32,000 nt of DNA, from assembly GCF_000284115.1 (NCBI RefSeq), contig NC_017080.1, positions 3,540,001 to 3,572,000 of the forward strand, written 5' to 3'. Under the pieces are notes generated by a model. The model worked only from the letters and a program-made list of their open reading frames with translations. It was not told the DNA's origin and searched no databases. The DNA comes from Phycisphaera mikurensis NBRC 102666. Its GTDB lineage: Bacteria > Planctomycetota > Phycisphaerae > Phycisphaerales > Phycisphaeraceae. Positions 29,551 through 32,000 of this stretch are shown piece by piece. Every line of letters starts with the position of its first letter. Within the stretch, counting starts at the first letter, position 1. The position numbers and the translations under genes were made by a program.

Positions 29551-31260
29551 TTCTTCGGCACCGGCGAGGGCGCCGCCCTTGCGGGAGGCCTCGGCGATGC
29601 GGCGCAGCTCCGGCATCACCGCCGACAGGTCCGCCGCTCTGTCCACGCCCCCGAAGGCGTCGTGCAGCTTCTTGTAGATCGCGAAGAGCTCGGCGTACGC
29701 CGCGACCGAGCGGGGCTCGGGTTGAAAAACGCGCTCCTTCACGTGGGCCATCCTCGCCTGTGCCTCCTCCACCGAGACGAACGCGCCCGCCGCCACGGCG
29801 GCGGAGAGGGCGGCGCCCAGGCCGCAGGTCTGCGAGCTCGCGGCGGTCTTGATGGGGCGGTCGAGCACGTCGGCGTACACCTGCATCGCCATCGGGCTCT
29901 TCTCGGCGATGCCGCCGCAGACCACGACCTCGTCGACGCTCACGCCGCCGCTCTCGAAGCGGTCGACGATGACCTTCGCCCCGAAGGCGGTTGCCTCGAC
30001 GCAGGCCCGGTACACCTCCGCCGCCGTGGTGTGCAGCGTCTGCCCGAGCAGCAGGCCGGACAGCCGCGGGTCCACGAGCACCGTGCGGTTGCCGTTGTTC
30101 CAGTCGAGCGCCACCAGGCCGCTTTGGCCGGGGCTGAGCTTCTCGGCCTCGGCGTTGAGCGCGGCGTGAGCCTCGCCGCCGGTGCCGTAGCGCCCGGGCG
30201 TCAGCTGCGCAACGGCCCAGGCGAAGAGGTCGCCCACCGCGGACTGCCCCGCCTCCAGCCCGGCCATGCCGCCGATGACGCTGCCGTGGACCACGCCGCA
30301 GAGGCCCTCGATCTCCGGCACCGAGCCATCGGCCGCGAGGTCGCCGACGGTGATGTCGCAGGTGCTCGTGCCCATGATCTTCACCAGCACGCCGGGCTTC
30401 ACGCCCGCACCGACCGCCCCCATGTGAGCGTCGAAGGCCCCGATGGCGACGGGGATCCCGCTCGGCAGCCCGCACGCCCGGGCGAGGTCGTCGCGGAGGA
30501 TCCCGGCCTTCTCGTTAGGCGGGAAGGCCTCGGCGTAGAGCCGGTCACGCAGCCGAGCCAGCGCCGGGTCCAGCGCCGCGAGGAAGTCTTCGCTGGGCAG
30601 CCCGCCCCACCGCTCGCTGAACATCGCCTTGTGCCCGGCGGCGCACACGCTGCGCTTGAGCGTCTCCGGCGTGGTGTCGCCGCAAGCCCAGGCCGTCAGG
30701 TAGTCGCAGCACTCCACCCAGCTGTGCGCGGCCTCGAAGACGTCCGGCGCCACCCGCTTGCACCGCAGGATCTTGCTCCAGAACCACTCGCTGGAGTAGG
30801 TGCCGCCGCAGGCGGCGAGGTACGGCTCGCCGCGCTCGCGGGCGAGCGTGGTGATCTCCGCCGCCTCGGCGTGGCCGGTGTGGTCCTTCCAGAGCCACGC
30901 CTGCGCGGCGAGGTTCTCGCTGAAGCGCTCCTGGTGCGACAGCGGGGCCCCGTTGGCGTCGACCGGCAGCGGCGTCGAGCCGGTGGTGTCGATGCCGACG
31001 GCGACGACGCCGGCGGGATCGTGGCCCGCGGCCTCGAGGTCCTCCAGGGCGCCGCTCACCGCCTCGGCGAAGCCGTCGGTCCAGTCCTGCGGCCGCTGGC
31101 GTGCGAGGTCCGGGTCGGCGGGATCGAGCAGGATCCCGTTCTCGCCGGAGGGGTACGCGAAGACGCGGGAGGCGAGCTCGGCGCCGTCTTCGAGCGAGAC
31201 GACGACTGCGCGGCAGGAGTTGGTTCCGTAGTCGATGCCGAGGGAGAGAGGAGCAGGCAT
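29533..31260 (-). CDS. araB: Ribulokinase
   Basis: LSLGIDYGTNSCRAVVV, GIDTTGSTPLPVD, LWKDHTGHAEA, GGTYSSEWFWSKILRC, GAFDAHMGAVGAG, MGTSTCDI, GGMAGLEAGQSAVGDLFAW, LDWNNGNRT. Confidence 0.95.
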   Translation of the reverse strand: MPAPLSLGIDYGTNSCRAVVVSLEDGAELASRVFAYPSGENGILLDPADPDLARQRPQDWTDGFAEAVSGALEDLEAAGHDPAGVVAVGIDTTGSTPLPVDANGAPLSHQERFSENLAAQAWLWKDHTGHAEAAEITTLARERGEPYLAACGGTYSSEWFWSKILRCKRVAPDVFEAAHSWVECCDYLTAWACGDTTPETLKRSVCAAGHKAMFSERWGGLPSEDFLAALDPALARLRDRLYAEAFPPNEKAGILRDDLARACGLPSGIPVAIGAFDAHMGAVGAGVKPGVLVKIMGTSTCDITVGDLAADGSVPEIEGLCGVVHGSVIGGMAGLEAGQSAVGDLFAWAVAQLTPGRYGTGGEAHAALNAEAEKLSPGQSGLVALDWNNGNRTVLVDPRLSGLLLGQTLHTTAAEVYRACVEATAFGAKVIVDRFESGGVSVDEVVVCGGIAEKSPMAMQVYADVLDRPIKTAASSQTCGLGAALSAAVAAGAFVSVEEAQARMAHVKERVFQPEPRSVAAYAELFAIYKKLHDAFGGVDRAADLSAVMPELRRIAEASRKGGALAGAEESADRG

Positions 31261-31272
31261 CGGGGAAAGGTA

Positions 31273-31291
31273 CCGGCGGCGGAGCCGCCGG
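31273..31291. other. Short perfect palindromic hairpin upstream of araB
   Basis: CCGGCGGC-GGA-GCCGCCGG, 12 bp upstream of the araB start; possible regulatory structure. Confidence 0.35.
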
Positions 31292-31417
31292 AGCCCGGCT
31301 CGAAGGGACGGAATCAGCAAGGGGTGAGCCGAGCGGAGCAACGCTGCGTTCTGCCTGCCGCCGTCTCTTCGTCCGTTCCAAGCCCACCCGGCCACGCGGC
31401 GGCCGTACCGTCCACCC

Positions 31418-32000
31418 ATGAGCGCAGCGAACGTCCTGGTCATCGGTCCCCACCCCGACGACCAGGAGCTGGGCATGGGTGGCACGATCGCGAAGCTCGC
31501 CCGGTCCGGTCACAAGGTCCACGTCCTCGACATGACCAACGGCGAGCCGACGCCGCTGGGCTCGCCGGAGAAACGCCGGGCCGAGTGGGAGGCCGCGACC
31601 CGGATCCTCGACGGCGGCAGCGGGAACGTGACGCGGGAGAACCTCGACCTGCCCAACCGCAGCGTGACGCACACGCTCGAAGCTCGGCACAAAGTGGCCG
31701 CCGTGATGCGGGTGCAGCAAAGCGAGTTCGTCTTCTGCCCGTACTTCGAAGACGCCCACCCGGACCACGTCGCGACGACGCGGATCGTGGAGGACGCCCG
31801 CTTCGACGCGAAGCTGAGCAACACCGACCTCCCCGGCGAGCCCATCCACCCGCGGCGGCTGATCTACTACTACTGCACGCACCTGAAGATCGTGCCGAAC
31901 CCCACGCTGCTGCTGGACATCTCCGGCTTCGAGGACGCGAAGGAGCAGAGCATCCGGGCGTACCACACGCAGTTCGTGCTGCCCGAGAAGAACGCGAAGG
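31418..32000 (+). CDS. PIG-L/LmbE-family deacetylase (3' truncated by window)
   Basis: Translation of the start reads MSAANVLVIGPHPDDQELGMGGTIAKLARSGHKVHVLDMTNGEPTPLGSPEKR, then PYFEDAHPDHVATTR. Confidence 0.9.
   Translation, partial: MSAANVLVIGPHPDDQELGMGGTIAKLARSGHKVHVLDMTNGEPTPLGSPEKRRAEWEAATRILDGGSGNVTRENLDLPNRSVTHTLEARHKVAAVMRVQQSEFVFCPYFEDAHPDHVATTRIVEDARFDAKLSNTDLPGEPIHPRRLIYYYCTHLKIVPNPTLLLDISGFEDAKEQSIRAYHTQFVLPEKNAK

Noticed and set aside
27348-29852. 834-aa plus-strand ORF
   Set aside because: Antisense to the FAD and HAD proteins, which have clear family motifs.

Overview
High-GC bacterial chromosome segment, probably Planctomycetes/Phycisphaerae-like (inferred from gene content and the unlinked 23S-5S operon). 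In order: uvrC 3' end; ldhA-like dehydrogenase; KefB-type antiporter with a C-terminal UBP-type zinc finger; VWA protein; acyltransferase/methyltransferase/hisI cluster with GTGA overlaps; a tandem array of ~107-bp doubly palindromic repeats; ppk1; a hypothetical protein; a ParA ATPase with a C-terminal AMPK1/CBM48-like glycogen-binding domain; lpxK; typA; DUF2237 protein; two secreted proteins; a ~1.1 kb block without a credible CDS; a minus-strand 23S-5S operon with no adjacent 16S; tRNA-Ser(UGA); response regulator; coiled-coil lipoprotein; amidohydrolase; flavin-dependent halogenase-like protein; HAD phosphatase; ribulokinase; PIG-L deacetylase (partial). The most unusual signals are (1) a dispersed inverted-repeat element, CCGCGGACCG-N26-CGGTCCGCGG, found at five sites with the same 26-nt spacer (one arm mismatch at one site), plus a sixth inverted repeat of the same 11-26-11 geometry but different arms; (2) the tandem repeat array at 7.35-8.06 kb, whose unit is a large inverted repeat with individually palindromic arms; and (3) the ParA-CBM fusion, co-oriented with a hypothetical protein and polyphosphate kinase, which suggests a possible storage-granule positioning locus.
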